From positions 1-58,558 of IMG/VR virus record IMGVR_UViG_3300036770_003861: a DNA stretch of 58,558 bases. The stretch is one strand, 5' to 3'. How positions within the stretch are numbered: the first letter of the stretch is position 1; each line of letters starts with the position of its first letter. The notes under the pieces were generated by a model, which saw only the letters and a program-made list of their open reading frames with translations, was not told where the DNA came from and searched no databases. Below, one piece after another: positions 1 through 10,400 of the stretch. The DNA comes from a virus (taxonomy: Duplodnaviria; Caudoviricetes). A program made the position numbers and the translations under genes.

Positions 1-1
1 G

Positions 2-1276
2 CGCTGCGGCCTGTTCCTCGATATGGGTCTAGGCAAGAGCGTCTCGACGCTCACCGCCGTGCTGGATCTCGTCCAGTCGTTCTCGGTCCACAAAATCCTC
101 GTCATCGCGCCCCTGCGCGTCGCCAACAGCGTGTGGGCGCAGGAGGTCGAGAAGTGGGCCCACCTCGAGCCCCTGCGCGTGTCGGTCTGCACAGGCCCAA
201 GCAAGCGCCGTCTGGCCGGGCTGCAAATGGACGCGGACGTCTACGTGATCAACCGCGAGAATGTCGAGTGGCTCGTTGAGCAGTACGGAACACGCTGGCC
301 CTTCGACATGGTCGTGATTGACGAGAGCAGCTCGTTCAAGAACGCGTCCAGCAAGCGCTTCAAGGCGCTGCGCAAGGTCCTTCCCTACACGAGCTACATG
401 GTCCTCCTGACGGGCACGCCGTCGCCCAATGGGCTGATCGACTTGTGGTCTCAGATATACCTGATCGACTTTGGGCAGGCCTTGGGGCGCACGATGACGT
501 CCTACAAGCATCGGTTCTTTGAGCCCGACTACATGGGGTACAATTTCGAGCCGCGGCAGGGCGCGGACAAGACAATCCAAAACCTCATCGCGCCCTTCAC
601 GGTACATATGAGCGCCGAGGACTACCTAGATCTGCCGCCGCGCATTGACGTGAACGTCAAGGTGCCAATGCCTGACGCCGCGCTGAAGCGTTACGCGGAC
701 TTCGAGCGCACGCTCCTCGCGGAGCTGGAGGACGGGGAGGTCATTGAGGCCATGACGGCCGCCGTCCTCGCCAACAAGTTGCTGCAGTTCGCCAACGGCG
801 CGATGTACACCGACGAGAAGCACAACTGGTCAGAGACCCACGCGTCGAAGCTCGACGCCCTCGCCGAGATCATCGAGGACAACGCCGGCGAGAACGTGCT
901 CGTCGCGTACAATTATCGCTCGGATCTCGAGAGGCTGCTCAAACGCTTTCCGCAGGCCGTCGTCTTGGACAAGCAGCAGGACACGATCGACCGTTGGAAC
1001 CGGGGGGAGACGCGTCTCCTGCTGGCCCACCCAGCCTCCGCCGGCCACGGGCTCAACATCCAGAGCGGCGGCTCCCTCATCGTATGGTTCGGCCTGACGT
1101 GGTCGCTCGAGAACTACCTGCAGTTCAACGCGCGCCTGCACAGGCAGGGCCAGACCAAGCCCGTCCGCGTCATCCACCTGCTGGCCGAGGGCACGATCGA
1201 CTTGCGCGTGATCGAGGAACTCGGGAAGAAGGACAAGACGCAGGTCAATTTATTGAGGGCGCTGAAGGTCGCCTGA
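2..1276 (+). CDS. SNF2-family (SF2) helicase, 5'-truncated
   Basis: Frame is open from base 2 (RCGLFLDMGLGKS, motif I). Also DESS (II), LTGTP (III), SAGHGLNIQ (V) and ARLHRQGQ (VI). Confidence 0.93.
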   Translation, partial: RCGLFLDMGLGKSVSTLTAVLDLVQSFSVHKILVIAPLRVANSVWAQEVEKWAHLEPLRVSVCTGPSKRRLAGLQMDADVYVINRENVEWLVEQYGTRWPFDMVVIDESSSFKNASSKRFKALRKVLPYTSYMVLLTGTPSPNGLIDLWSQIYLIDFGQALGRTMTSYKHRFFEPDYMGYNFEPRQGADKTIQNLIAPFTVHMSAEDYLDLPPRIDVNVKVPMPDAALKRYADFERTLLAELEDGEVIEAMTAAVLANKLLQFANGAMYTDEKHNWSETHASKLDALAEIIEDNAGENVLVAYNYRSDLERLLKRFPQAVVLDKQQDTIDRWNRGETRLLLAHPASAGHGLNIQSGGSLIVWFGLTWSLENYLQFNARLHRQGQTKPVRVIHLLAEGTIDLRVIEELGKKDKTQVNLLRALKVA

Positions 1277-1460
1277 CCGGGCGACTGTTGTCGAGCTGCC
1301 GGTAATGATCCCACCGGATCAGGCCGTTGGATTTGAGGACGATCGGCAGCCGCCACTTGTGGGGCACGCTCTTTCTCTGCCGCCACTTCGCAGTCGCGTA
1401 CTTCGTGAGCCCCAGCTCTTGCGCAAGCTTCTCAATCAGATCCCAGTTGATTTGGTCCAT
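1245..1460 (-). CDS. Cro/CI-like HTH transcriptional regulator
   Basis: MDQINWDLIEKLAQELGLTKYATAKWRQRKSVPHKWR is an HTH with the WxxRxxVP signature. GGAGAAAGGGA lies upstream, and the gene is divergent from 1579 across an operator region. Confidence 0.7.
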   Translation of the reverse strand: MDQINWDLIEKLAQELGLTKYATAKWRQRKSVPHKWRLPIVLKSNGLIRWDHYRQLDNSRPVRRPSAPSIN

Positions 1461-1489
1461 GGACTTGTCCCTTTCTCCGCGGACAATCT

Positions 1490-1526
1490 GACAAAATGTC
1501 TCCCGGGTCAATGAAGACATTTTGTC
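1490..1526. promoter_or_regulatory. Paired palindromic operators GACA-N3-TGTC in a divergent promoter region
   Basis: GACAAAATGTC at 1490-1500 and its reverse complement GACATTTTGTC at 1516-1526, followed by TTGACG (-35-like) at 1528. Confidence 0.65.
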
Positions 1527-1578
1527 CTTGACGTTTCGGACGCCTGTGCCAGACTGCGGGCGCAATATAGGAGGCACT

Positions 1579-1842
1579 ATGAAGTTTTTGATCACGATGA
1601 ATATGCCCTCAAATAAAGGGAACATGGTCCACCAGATAATCGGAGAAATAAACAAGTGTAATTGCTTAGCCGACGTTTATCGAAAGTTAAACGAACAGGC
1701 CTTTATTTGGGTTGAAGAGTACTACTTCATTAGAAATAAAGATGAACCGGGAGAGTATGTTAAGCAAATACCCATCCTAATAAACACAGAGCATATTGGC
1801 AAAGTCAAAGAAGCCAAAGAAATTAAAGATTTGAACTATTGA
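1579..1842 (+). CDS. Hypothetical protein (low GC)
   Basis: AGGAGG RBS then ATG at 1579 (MKFLITMNMP...). Confidence 0.75.
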   Translation: MKFLITMNMPSNKGNMVHQIIGEINKCNCLADVYRKLNEQAFIWVEEYYFIRNKDEPGEYVKQIPILINTEHIGKVKEAKEIKDLNY

Positions 1843-1855
1843 AGAGGAGTAGAGC

Positions 1856-2161
1856 ATGAGCCGCATATTCAGCGTCATGGGAGACGATCTTTATTTTGAC
1901 GGCCAGCGCATCGCCACGTTTAACCCTACCGCATGGGGGAGCCTACGCGACGAGGTGGAGACGTTCTTGAACGGTCTGCCCTGCGATGTGACGCCAAACG
2001 CGGACGTCGAACGCGAGCGCAAGGAAATGGAGGACGAGCACGCAAACGAACTGCAAGCGGCCTACGAGGACGGCCGCGCGGAAGGCTTGGGCGAAGGGTA
2101 CGACAAGGGATATTCGGAAGGCTACGCCGTCGGCGCGCGCAACACAGGGGCCGGAGAATGA
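1856..2161 (+). CDS. Hypothetical protein with acidic GxxxG (YEDG/YDKG/YSEG) repeats
   Basis: GAGGAG RBS; its stop overlaps the next start (ATGA). Confidence 0.75.
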   Translation: MSRIFSVMGDDLYFDGQRIATFNPTAWGSLRDEVETFLNGLPCDVTPNADVERERKEMEDEHANELQAAYEDGRAEGLGEGYDKGYSEGYAVGARNTGAGE

Positions 2162-2427
2162 GACGTGAGATCAATTATTTCGACGATATTGCTGCTGATC
2201 TATCAATTGACGCGCCCCCGGCCCTAACGGCCGCGCTGCGCACCACGATCGACGACGCTGGCGTGCGCACTTTGCGCTATTGCGAAAACGTCGTCGGCCA
2301 CTACCAGCGCGCCAAGACGCACCGCCTAGACGGCCCGCTCTGGCGCGGCGTCACGCGCGCCGGCGCGATCGTGTACGGCCGCACCGAAACAGCCGTAAGG
2401 GCTCAACTATTGGAGATGTACTCGTGA
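2158..2427 (+). CDS. Hypothetical protein
   Basis: GGAG RBS and ATG at 2158 (MRREINYFDD...); coupled to both neighbours. Confidence 0.65.
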   Translation: MRREINYFDDIAADLSIDAPPALTAALRTTIDDAGVRTLRYCENVVGHYQRAKTHRLDGPLWRGVTRAGAIVYGRTETAVRAQLLEMYS

Positions 2428-2747
2428 ACCCGAAAATCATTCTCAACGAAGCCGCATCATTGATCGATCAGCGCGGCGTGAACTACGGCGGCATCGAAGC
2501 GAATTTCGACCGTGCTGCGAAACTGGCCTCTTTGAAACTCGACCGGACGATCACCCCTTACGAGGTCGCCATCATCCTTGAGAGCGTCAAGGATGCACGC
2601 CGCGCCACGTCGCCGGAGCATTGGGACAGCCACATTGACGGTATCAACTACCGTGCGTTCGCCATGCTGCTGTCGGGTGCAACGAAAGGGGTGCCAACCT
2701 CGCAGGAGATGGTTTCGATCCTGAACAAGATGGAGGATGGGGAATGA
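2424..2747 (+). CDS. DUF6378-like phage protein (all-alpha nucleotide pyrophosphohydrolase-like)
   Basis: GTG start; pattern ILNEAASLIDQRGVNYG..NF...VKDARR...HWDSHIDGINY. Confidence 0.7.
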   Translation: MNPKIILNEAASLIDQRGVNYGGIEANFDRAAKLASLKLDRTITPYEVAIILESVKDARRATSPEHWDSHIDGINYRAFAMLLSGATKGVPTSQEMVSILNKMEDGE

Positions 2748-2953
2748 GGAACGCATACCCCGGCGTTTGCGCCGATTGCAGCAAGCATGTCCCCGCATCC
2801 AAGGGGTACTTTGAACGACGCGCTAGGCGTTTCGTGGTGCGCTGCACGGAGTGCGTCGTCGCGGATAAGGTCGCATCAGGTAAGCCACTAAGCGACGCAC
2901 AGCGCGAAGCACAACGCGAAGCACTTGAGGAGGCAAAACACCATGACACTTGA
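2744..2953 (+). CDS. Small zinc-ribbon protein
   Basis: CADC...CTEC; MRNAYPGxC N-terminus. Confidence 0.65.
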   Translation: MRNAYPGVCADCSKHVPASKGYFERRARRFVVRCTECVVADKVASGKPLSDAQREAQREALEEAKHHDT

Positions 2954-3365
2954 TGAACAGATCGCACACTACAAGGCCGTTCGCGGTCGCATCGCCACGG
3001 CGCATCTAGTGCAAGAGCAGCGGGAGCAGCAGCGCAAGGAAGCCGCAGCGCGTGAGGCAGAGCGCAAGGAAGCGATCAGGCAGGCCAAATTACAGCGCCA
3101 AGAGGATGCCATCCGCGCCGCACTGGCGCAGTACGCTGATCCGAAAATGCTGATCGTCAAGGAGTGCGCTCGCAAGCATGGCGTTGAAGTTAACGATATA
3201 TTTGGACATAGTAAAAAACATAAAGTCTTAGCCGCACGCTGGGAGGCGATCTATCGTATCAAAACGACAGTCAAAATCTCGCATCAAGCGTTAGGCAAAT
3301 GGATGGGCGGTCGGGATCATACCACCATCATGTACGTGATGGAAAACTACAAGCCCGAGCAATAA
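2943..3365 (+). CDS. DnaA C-terminal (domain IV)-like DNA-binding protein
   Basis: C-terminal ARWEAIY...S..ALGKWMGGRDHTTIMY matches the DnaA domain IV 'GGRDHTTV' signature. Confidence 0.8.
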   Translation: MTLDEQIAHYKAVRGRIATAHLVQEQREQQRKEAAAREAERKEAIRQAKLQRQEDAIRAALAQYADPKMLIVKECARKHGVEVNDIFGHSKKHKVLAARWEAIYRIKTTVKISHQALGKWMGGRDHTTIMYVMENYKPEQ

Positions 3366-3391
3366 AAAGACCCCGCCCAAGAGGCGGGGTC
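3364..3391 (-). terminator. Intrinsic terminator at the convergence of the two transcription directions
   Basis: GACCCCGCC-caaga-GGCGGGGTC stem with an A5 tract on the plus strand (U-tract on minus). Confidence 0.75.
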
Positions 3392-3480
3392 AGTCATTTG
3401 TTCAGGAGCCTCGCCGTACAGGATTACAAAACGACGAGACCTTTTGATAATAGTCGAACTGAAATCTGTTGTCTCTATTT

Positions 3481-4131
3481 TTATCGCCAGACAGCGGCGA
3501 CAGATGCGAAAAGTTGCGTCGATGTCGCCGAGATCGTTCGGGGGCTTTGCGCAGTGAGCATTACGTCAGACGCGCCAGAGTGGCGACTGGTTGAAAACGC
3601 TATATCAAAGTCCTCTGTCAAGCCGGCCCAAGTGGTCGGTTGATTACTGAACGACAGGCTCCCACCGATGACCGCGTCGTTTGGTTGGACGTTCATCGAC
3701 AGGTCGACGGTGGAACTGTTTCCAGTCCCCGACGCAGACGTGACAGCCGTATTTGAAATTACGCCGTCAATTGTCCAGACGCCGACCGCGCATCTGGCCA
3801 TCGAGCGGCTCCAATTGACCACGACATTCGCAGTCGTCCCCGTGGGCACGACTGCTTGAACCATCACGCAATTGATGTTGGCGCTTCCGGACACGCCGTA
3901 GGCGCTTGTGACGACTGTTGCAGACACGCCGCCAATTGTCGCTGAATTAAACGAGAAGAAATCGCCGAGAACTCCGCTGATCGTCACGACGACTAGTCTT
4001 GTTGGAGACGGCGGTCCGATTGCACTGCTGAAAGTGAAGGAAGACGCCGCAAAGGTCGTCGCCAAATTGGTCCTGTACTCAAGCGCCGGACCGGACTGCC
4101 CCGCCATGCCCGGGATCATGCCGGGGATCAT
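3481..4131 (-). CDS. Tail/receptor-binding accessory protein
   Basis: Starts MIPGMIPGMAG overlapping the stop of the upstream fibre gene; Ser/Thr-rich, beta-sandwich-like. Confidence 0.6.
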   Translation of the reverse strand: MIPGMIPGMAGQSGPALEYRTNLATTFAASSFTFSSAIGPPSPTRLVVVTISGVLGDFFSFNSATIGGVSATVVTSAYGVSGSANINCVMVQAVVPTGTTANVVVNWSRSMARCAVGVWTIDGVISNTAVTSASGTGNSSTVDLSMNVQPNDAVIGGSLSFSNQPTTWAGLTEDFDIAFSTSRHSGASDVMLTAQSPRTISATSTQLFASVAAVWR

Positions 4132-5045
4132 GCGAAGGACCTTCCGGCGAACGTCACGATGATATAGGTCGACGAGCGCACGTCGTAGTAGAAGATGTCC
4201 GTCGCCCCCGCGGTCGTCGACAGCGTCGGCGCAGTGCCGTTGGCGAACTTGTAGTAGTTGCCCCACGTCAGGGTGCGGGACCCCGTGCCGTCTTGAACGA
4301 CGACGAGCCGCCCCTTCTGGCCGACCTTGATGTTCGTCGGGTTGGCGAGCGTCCGGTTGCCGCCCAGCGTCAGGATGAAGTCGAAGCCAGTCTGCATGTC
4401 CCACGAGACTGTCGCGCCGTCAGTGAGCGTCGTCTCCGACATCGCCGTCCAGACGGCGTTCGGGTTGAGGAGCTTGTTGGCGACGTTCTGACGCCAGTTG
4501 GCGGCCGTCGCCTGATCAGCGTTGAGCGTCACGTTGGTGGCGAGCGTGCCGCCGCCGGTGAGCGCCGTGCCGGCGATGACGCTGCGCGACGCCAGAGCCG
4601 TGTCAATGAACAGCGTGGGATTGTCGGCCAGCTTGACGTCCGTGCCGTCGCAGTAGACGCAGACCGTCTCACCTTGGGGGATGAGGACGGTGGTCCCGCC
4701 GCCGGACACTGGCTCGATCTCGATCGTGAACGCGCCAGTGGTCGCGTTGTTGATGATCCACTGGCCGGCCACGACGGCGCTGGACGCAGCGTTGAGGGGG
4801 AGCGTGTAGATGGCGTTCCCGGTCATCAGGCCGGTGATCTTGATGATGAGGTTCTGGGTCTGCGTGATCGACAGATTGACTGTGCCGACGGACCCCGTGG
4901 CGTTGAGGCTGAGGACGCCCCCGAAGCCCTTGTCGATGACGTCCCAGTCGTTGTTGACCGGCGTCGTCCAGCCCGTCGGATCCGACGCGTAGTCGTTGTA
5001 GGCGGGCTTCTCGATGTTCTTGTTGGTGGTAAACGTGGATGCCAT
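4128..5045 (-). CDS. Tail fibre protein
   Basis: MASTFTTNKNIEKPA N-terminus, GTALTGGGTL motif, and C-terminal TLGGNRTLANPTN...QDGTGSRTLTW domain typical of phage fibres. Confidence 0.7.
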   Translation of the reverse strand: MASTFTTNKNIEKPAYNDYASDPTGWTTPVNNDWDVIDKGFGGVLSLNATGSVGTVNLSITQTQNLIIKITGLMTGNAIYTLPLNAASSAVVAGQWIINNATTGAFTIEIEPVSGGGTTVLIPQGETVCVYCDGTDVKLADNPTLFIDTALASRSVIAGTALTGGGTLATNVTLNADQATAANWRQNVANKLLNPNAVWTAMSETTLTDGATVSWDMQTGFDFILTLGGNRTLANPTNIKVGQKGRLVVVQDGTGSRTLTWGNYYKFANGTAPTLSTTAGATDIFYYDVRSSTYIIVTFAGRSFA

Positions 5046-5055
5046 CGTCCTGCCC

Positions 5056-7410
5056 TCAGATGTGCTTGTTGGCGACTTCCAGCGCCTTGGCGACCGTGTC
5101 GTCGTGTTCGTTCAAGAGCTGCTCAGTGCTCGTCGTGACGTGCTTTTTGGCCGCCTTGGCCAGCGCGTGCAAGTTCACCGCGCCGCCCGTCGCGCGAGCG
5201 GGGCGCTCGGCGACGGTGGACGACGACCCAGCCGCAGCAGCAATAGCAGCAATCTTATCCATCAAGGTTCCGACAGCTCGGTTTTGCCGGACCATCGTAC
5301 CAAGTCGTGCAATTTTCTCCGGGTCTCTGGACAACGCAAGGTCAACCAACCTGTCAGCTACCTTGCGTTCCATAGAGTTTAATGCAAGACGCCCGGAACC
5401 AAGAGCGGCGGCACCAATTGCAGCACTGATTGCCATGCTCGGAGAGAGTTGACCCCCCAAGAACGCAGCGTCGATCGCAGTCGCCCCAACAGCTCCGGCT
5501 GCTGCAGCCTTAGTCATCTGCCCCTGCTCCTTAACAAAAGGAACTGGCTTTAACTTCGAAATCAAATTTTCAGATAAAATGTGGCCGGCCATCTGATCAA
5601 AACGGTTTTGACCCAAAGCCAAAACAGCACGTTCTTTGAAGTTGTTGTCTTTAGCAAACTTCTTCACAAGACTGCTCAGATTACCCCCGGCTGCCGCTTC
5701 GCTAATGGCGTTAGCAAATCCGACAGAAAAAAGGTCACGCTGTTCCGGCGACATCTGATTTACAGAATTGATGATTTCTTTTCGTTTGAAAGCATTTGTG
5801 TTTTTGAAAAAATTATAGCCGGCCTCCGGAGCGTTGTTTGATTTGAAAGTCTCAAAAGCAGCGCCACGCGCCGATTTATAACCGGGGACGAGGTCAAGTT
5901 GAGTGAGAAGTTGAATACGGGCTTTTTCGATTGAAGCCGCGTCCAAATTTTCTCCAGCGCGCCTCTTTACTTCAGCCATCTGGCGCATTTCGCGCTGAAC
6001 CTGATCCCAATAAGAGAGATTGCCGGGAACAATTTGTTGAGGCTGACCGGGTTCTGCGGCAAAAGTTCGAAAACCTTGCGGCGTTTGAATTATGCGTTCT
6101 TCTGTCGGCGGTTTTGCGGGCGTAATTTTCGGCGCGACGATGTTCAATTGTGGATCATTTAGAGCAGTTTTTTCCGCGCGTTTCATCGCCTCCTGAAAAA
6201 GAGGTCGATCCAATAAAGACGTGAACGGGCGCTGGTCTATGGCTTGCGCCTTGGGTTGACTGCGTACAAGGTCATAGATGTTGTTTAGCGTTATTTTTCC
6301 AGAGGCTTCAGTTGCGGCCTTTACCCCCGGGGCGTCTATCGGCGCACCCATGACGTCTTCGAGGCTTTGTGTCAAACGCGTTGCTGTAGCGTTCTTTAAA
6401 GGGTCTATGGCCTTATTAAAATCACCTAGCTTTTCACTGGCCTTGGGGGTTTTTTCTGCATAGCGACCAATGACAAGTCGCGTCTCGTCGCCAGCTATGT
6501 CTGCGATGCTGAGGGGTGCGCCGCGCTCATGAGCAATAGCTAGATCTTCGAAGCTCATCTTAGTTTTGCCGCGCCGTATGTCCTCTGACAGCGCATTTAG
6601 TATTTCACGCTCTGCAACGGATCCGGGGCTAACAGCAGTGCGCAGACCAGAGACAAGTTTTCCAACCACGCCAGCAGCGATAGATGCGCCGACACCTCCC
6701 GCAAGAGACCCGGTGAGGCGCGCTATCGCTTCATTATCTTTATCGGCGCTGAGGGCCAACGTTTCGGCACCGGCACCGGCTCCCGCCCCTGTGGCCATGC
6801 GGCCAACAGTAGTGGAGAGGGGGCCAAGAATGCTTTGCCCAGCGAACTCTGCAGCAGCTCCCGTTACCTTTCCCGGCGTCGTTTGAGGCTTGTAGGAAAG
6901 TGCGGACATTCCCGCCTTTTCCATAAGCGGCTTGAATACCTCGGTGACGCCCTTATAGGTTGGGTTGCCTGACAACGGAGAGAGGTAACCGCGGCGCGTC
7001 ATCTCCTGCCGGTCACGCATGAATTTAGGTGCGTTTGGGTCTTCTTCCTGCCGCAACCATGGCAGTGGTTGAGCACCCATGATGTCACGTTCTTGAGGGG
7101 AGAGCAGGTCTAACTTCTCTCCAACCGAGAGGGCCGCGCCCCGAGCCATTTCTGGAAGGTCTTTAACTGCAAATGTTTCAAGGGAACCAATGCCGCCGCC
7201 GAGCGCGCCGGCCGCGCCTTTCGCTCCTTCCGAAACAATAGATTTAAAAACGTCTTTGAATACTTCCGTGCCTGTTGGGACGGGGGGAATTTTGGCGCTC
7301 TCGTTCAGAGGAATAGTCAGATCCCTTGCTCGCGCGCCGGTGGTAGGCTCTTCAGATTGTTGCGTATCTGAAAAGAAGGGGTGAGACGACAACGAGTTTT
7401 CGTTAGCCAT
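5056..7410 (-). CDS. Internal virion/ejection protein (784 aa)
   Basis: Directly downstream of the SLT ejection protein; Ala/Gly-rich hydrophobic segments; C-terminal RATGGAV motif. Confidence 0.6.
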   Translation of the reverse strand: MANENSLSSHPFFSDTQQSEEPTTGARARDLTIPLNESAKIPPVPTGTEVFKDVFKSIVSEGAKGAAGALGGGIGSLETFAVKDLPEMARGAALSVGEKLDLLSPQERDIMGAQPLPWLRQEEDPNAPKFMRDRQEMTRRGYLSPLSGNPTYKGVTEVFKPLMEKAGMSALSYKPQTTPGKVTGAAAEFAGQSILGPLSTTVGRMATGAGAGAGAETLALSADKDNEAIARLTGSLAGGVGASIAAGVVGKLVSGLRTAVSPGSVAEREILNALSEDIRRGKTKMSFEDLAIAHERGAPLSIADIAGDETRLVIGRYAEKTPKASEKLGDFNKAIDPLKNATATRLTQSLEDVMGAPIDAPGVKAATEASGKITLNNIYDLVRSQPKAQAIDQRPFTSLLDRPLFQEAMKRAEKTALNDPQLNIVAPKITPAKPPTEERIIQTPQGFRTFAAEPGQPQQIVPGNLSYWDQVQREMRQMAEVKRRAGENLDAASIEKARIQLLTQLDLVPGYKSARGAAFETFKSNNAPEAGYNFFKNTNAFKRKEIINSVNQMSPEQRDLFSVGFANAISEAAAGGNLSSLVKKFAKDNNFKERAVLALGQNRFDQMAGHILSENLISKLKPVPFVKEQGQMTKAAAAGAVGATAIDAAFLGGQLSPSMAISAAIGAAALGSGRLALNSMERKVADRLVDLALSRDPEKIARLGTMVRQNRAVGTLMDKIAAIAAAAGSSSTVAERPARATGGAVNLHALAKAAKKHVTTSTEQLLNEHDDTVAKALEVANKHI

Positions 7411-10400
7411 CAGCGGCCTCCCAAGAAGTAACGGCTCATGCCTTCAAGCTTGTATTTCGACTTCTTGAAAGCTTCATCAATCTCCTCTGCCGTGTATTTG
7501 CCCGAACGGAAATCTTTGAGCAGCCCGGGCGAAGTCAAAACAAGATTGGCGATTGCTTGTGCTTCTTTCTCATATTTCGCGTCGTTGTGTAGGCGCGAGA
7601 AGTCGCTTTGAGCCTTGCCAGCGCCAACTGTAGAAGCTTTCGTATAGGCCTCAAAGTGGTTATAGCGGTCAATCATGCGCTGGTTCTGCGCCATGAGATC
7701 TCCCGACAATTTTGCGAATACGCGGGGCTTCATTGAGGGGTTTGCGATCGCATTCTTCATCAACTCAAGCGCAGCATAGCTTTCTTGCCCAACGCTTTTT
7801 GTCGCCGCCGCCGCTTGCAGAGCAGAAATTTTCTCGTTGATTTGTTTAATCCCCTCAGCGTTTCCAAATTCTGGACCACCAAAGGCTCTCGAGAACGTGT
7901 TAAGGGCATTGATAATTTCGGCTCTAGGGTTGAAACCAAAGCCCGCAACGTCAAGACCCTTGCCCTGCGCCGCGTTAGAGAGGTTTTCAGCCAGCGCACT
8001 CAAGAAACGCGAAGTGTCTCTCGCAGCGGTTCCGGCGGATGTAACTTTATCGACATAATCCTTCGACGCGGCTTGGAGCGTCTGGGCCCCGGGGCCCCCA
8101 TTCAGGATGGTGTTGCGCTCTTCTCTCGCGGTCTCTTGAGACTTCTCGTCAAAATATATGCCGCTCGGCATGACAGGCGTCTGCTTCTGCGCAGGTGGAA
8201 CGGTTGTGTCAGTAGCAGGTGGAACGGTTGTGTCAGTAGCAGGTGGAACGGTTGTGTCAGTAGCAGGTGGAACGATTTTGTCAGTAGCAGGTGGAACGAT
8301 TGTGTCCTTTCTTGTCTTGGGTTGCTCAATCAACTGAGATGATGTGCCTGAGCCGGCTCCTTCGGGCAGCCGAGTTTTCTTGAGCTCCGGAAACTTCTCA
8401 AAAAGTATCTGTTCTGCATTTCGCGGCACGCGACCAAGCAGCGGCGGGGCGCGATTGTTCTTCTTGAGATCCATGTAGTCGCCAAGCGGGACCGGATTAC
8501 CATCCGCCGTCCACACAATAGCCATGCCGTTCGGAAGCGACTGCAGGCTCGACTGCAAAGTTTCTTGCTCAGTCTTAATGGTCTGCGCGCCGACGTTTTC
8601 GATCCCAGCTTTCTTGCTTTCAACTTCGGCCTGCTGCTTTTGCAGGTCAGTGTATGCTCTCGTGCCGCCGACAAGGCCCTCGCCGATCGCGCTGCCGAGG
8701 AACGGAGAGCGCGACGCCAGCATCGAGCCGATGCCGGCCAGCGCCGGGACCCAGAAGTTCTCGGACGTTAATGCCTGCCGTGTTTCCGGCGACATCCCGC
8801 CAAATAGAGGCCCAAAAAGTTGTCTTATGGGCGCATTCTCTGGTGTCTCGGACAACACGCCCGGTCTGGCTGAGAGACCTTGCCGCGAAGGACTGCGTAC
8901 ACCTTCAAAACGTTGGGCACCGGCAACGCCGGCAGTCGATCTTTCCGGGCTTGTTGTTGGAGTTCTTGGGGGCAGTCTACCCCCACCAAGGCCAGCAGTA
9001 TTCATTACGGCTTGCGCATATTCTCTTGCCTTGGACCCCGCGTTGTAAGCCATCAAGGCTTCCATGCTATTCGGGTCGTGCCCGAGATGGCGTGCTTTCT
9101 TAGACAAATATTCAGCCGCAAACGGAATGTTAACTTCCGGCTTACGAAGGTCTTCAACCGCCACTGGCCGAACCCCATAGCCCGGGTCCCTCGCCGTTGA
9201 CGGCTTGATCTGACCCAAACCAATCTCGCCGACCGTGCCAACTGCCTCTGGGTCGAAGCCGCTCTCGCGCTGGATAAGCGCCCGAAGAATGCGTGGATCA
9301 ACACCGTACTGTTTCGCGGCAGAATTTATGGTTTCCGCAAACTCGGAGGGGTCTCTTCGCTTGACTTCAATTGCGCCAAGCGCCGGCAGATCCTCCTCGG
9401 CGAGGCCGCCCTCTTGATAGCCCCCGCGGTACGCACGGTTGCGCCCAGCAAGGCCCGCGGCCACGTCCGTGGCGCGCTTGTAGTCGACCATCTTCAGGCC
9501 GCCCAGACCCGCCACCGCGTCGCCGTGGCCGTCGCGCTCGACGTCCTGCGCCATCAAGCCGAGCTGCGTCTTGGGCGAGCCCTTCATGTTGTAGCGATAG
9601 ATTTGCTGCCCGTCGTACAGTTTGCCCACCGGCTCCGCGTTCTCCTTCATGCGCTCGTCGGAGAATATGAAGGGCAGGAACGCCAGAAGCTCTGCGCCGC
9701 CGGCGGCCAAAGCCGATCCGGCCCCGGCGAGCCCGCTCGCCGCTGCGGAGCCCGCCCCGGCAAGGCTGCTGCCGAGGCCCGACGCCGCCGCCCCGAGACC
9801 CTCAGTAAGGCCGGCGGGGAGCATGCTGTAGAGATTGGACCCCGCCTTCGCCAGATTGGCCGCGCCCAACAGTTCAGAGCCGAGGCCCGGTGTCGGAGAC
9901 GGGGGCTTGCCGGGCGTTGCGAGCTGGTACTTTTGGCTGGAGCCCTCCTTCACGACTTCCTTCAGGGGGTCTTCGCCCTGATCGTCAGTCCCATAGGGCA
10001 GAGACCCGCCAAGGTCATAGCCGGCGCGCATCAGGCCGCCACGATAGCCGTAGAGGCGATTGGGGTCCCACTCGGCCTGCGGCATCATCTCAGCGATCTT
10101 GTCAGACCCCTTCGGGGCAGGGGGCTCGCTCCTCGATGGGCCGGGCCGACCACCACCAAGGCCTGAGGATAGCCAACCCTTCTGATTAAGACTGCCCTCG
10201 CTGCCGATCAGGCCGGTGCTGCCCTTCTTGCCGCCCACACCTTCAGAGCCAACAAGCGCCGACCGGCCCATCTTGGCCAGTTCAGCGATCTGGGAGCCGG
10301 TCTCGGCGGCCTGCGACAGGCCGCTCGCCGCGGGGCGGGGGAGGCCGCCGGCCGTAACGAGCTTCGGCGTCGCCATCTGCGACGCGGGCACGTAGCCCGC

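Noticed and set aside
8191-8306. 24-bp repeats as a CRISPR array
   Set aside because: No spacers; the repeats are in-frame coding repeats forming a Pro/Thr linker.
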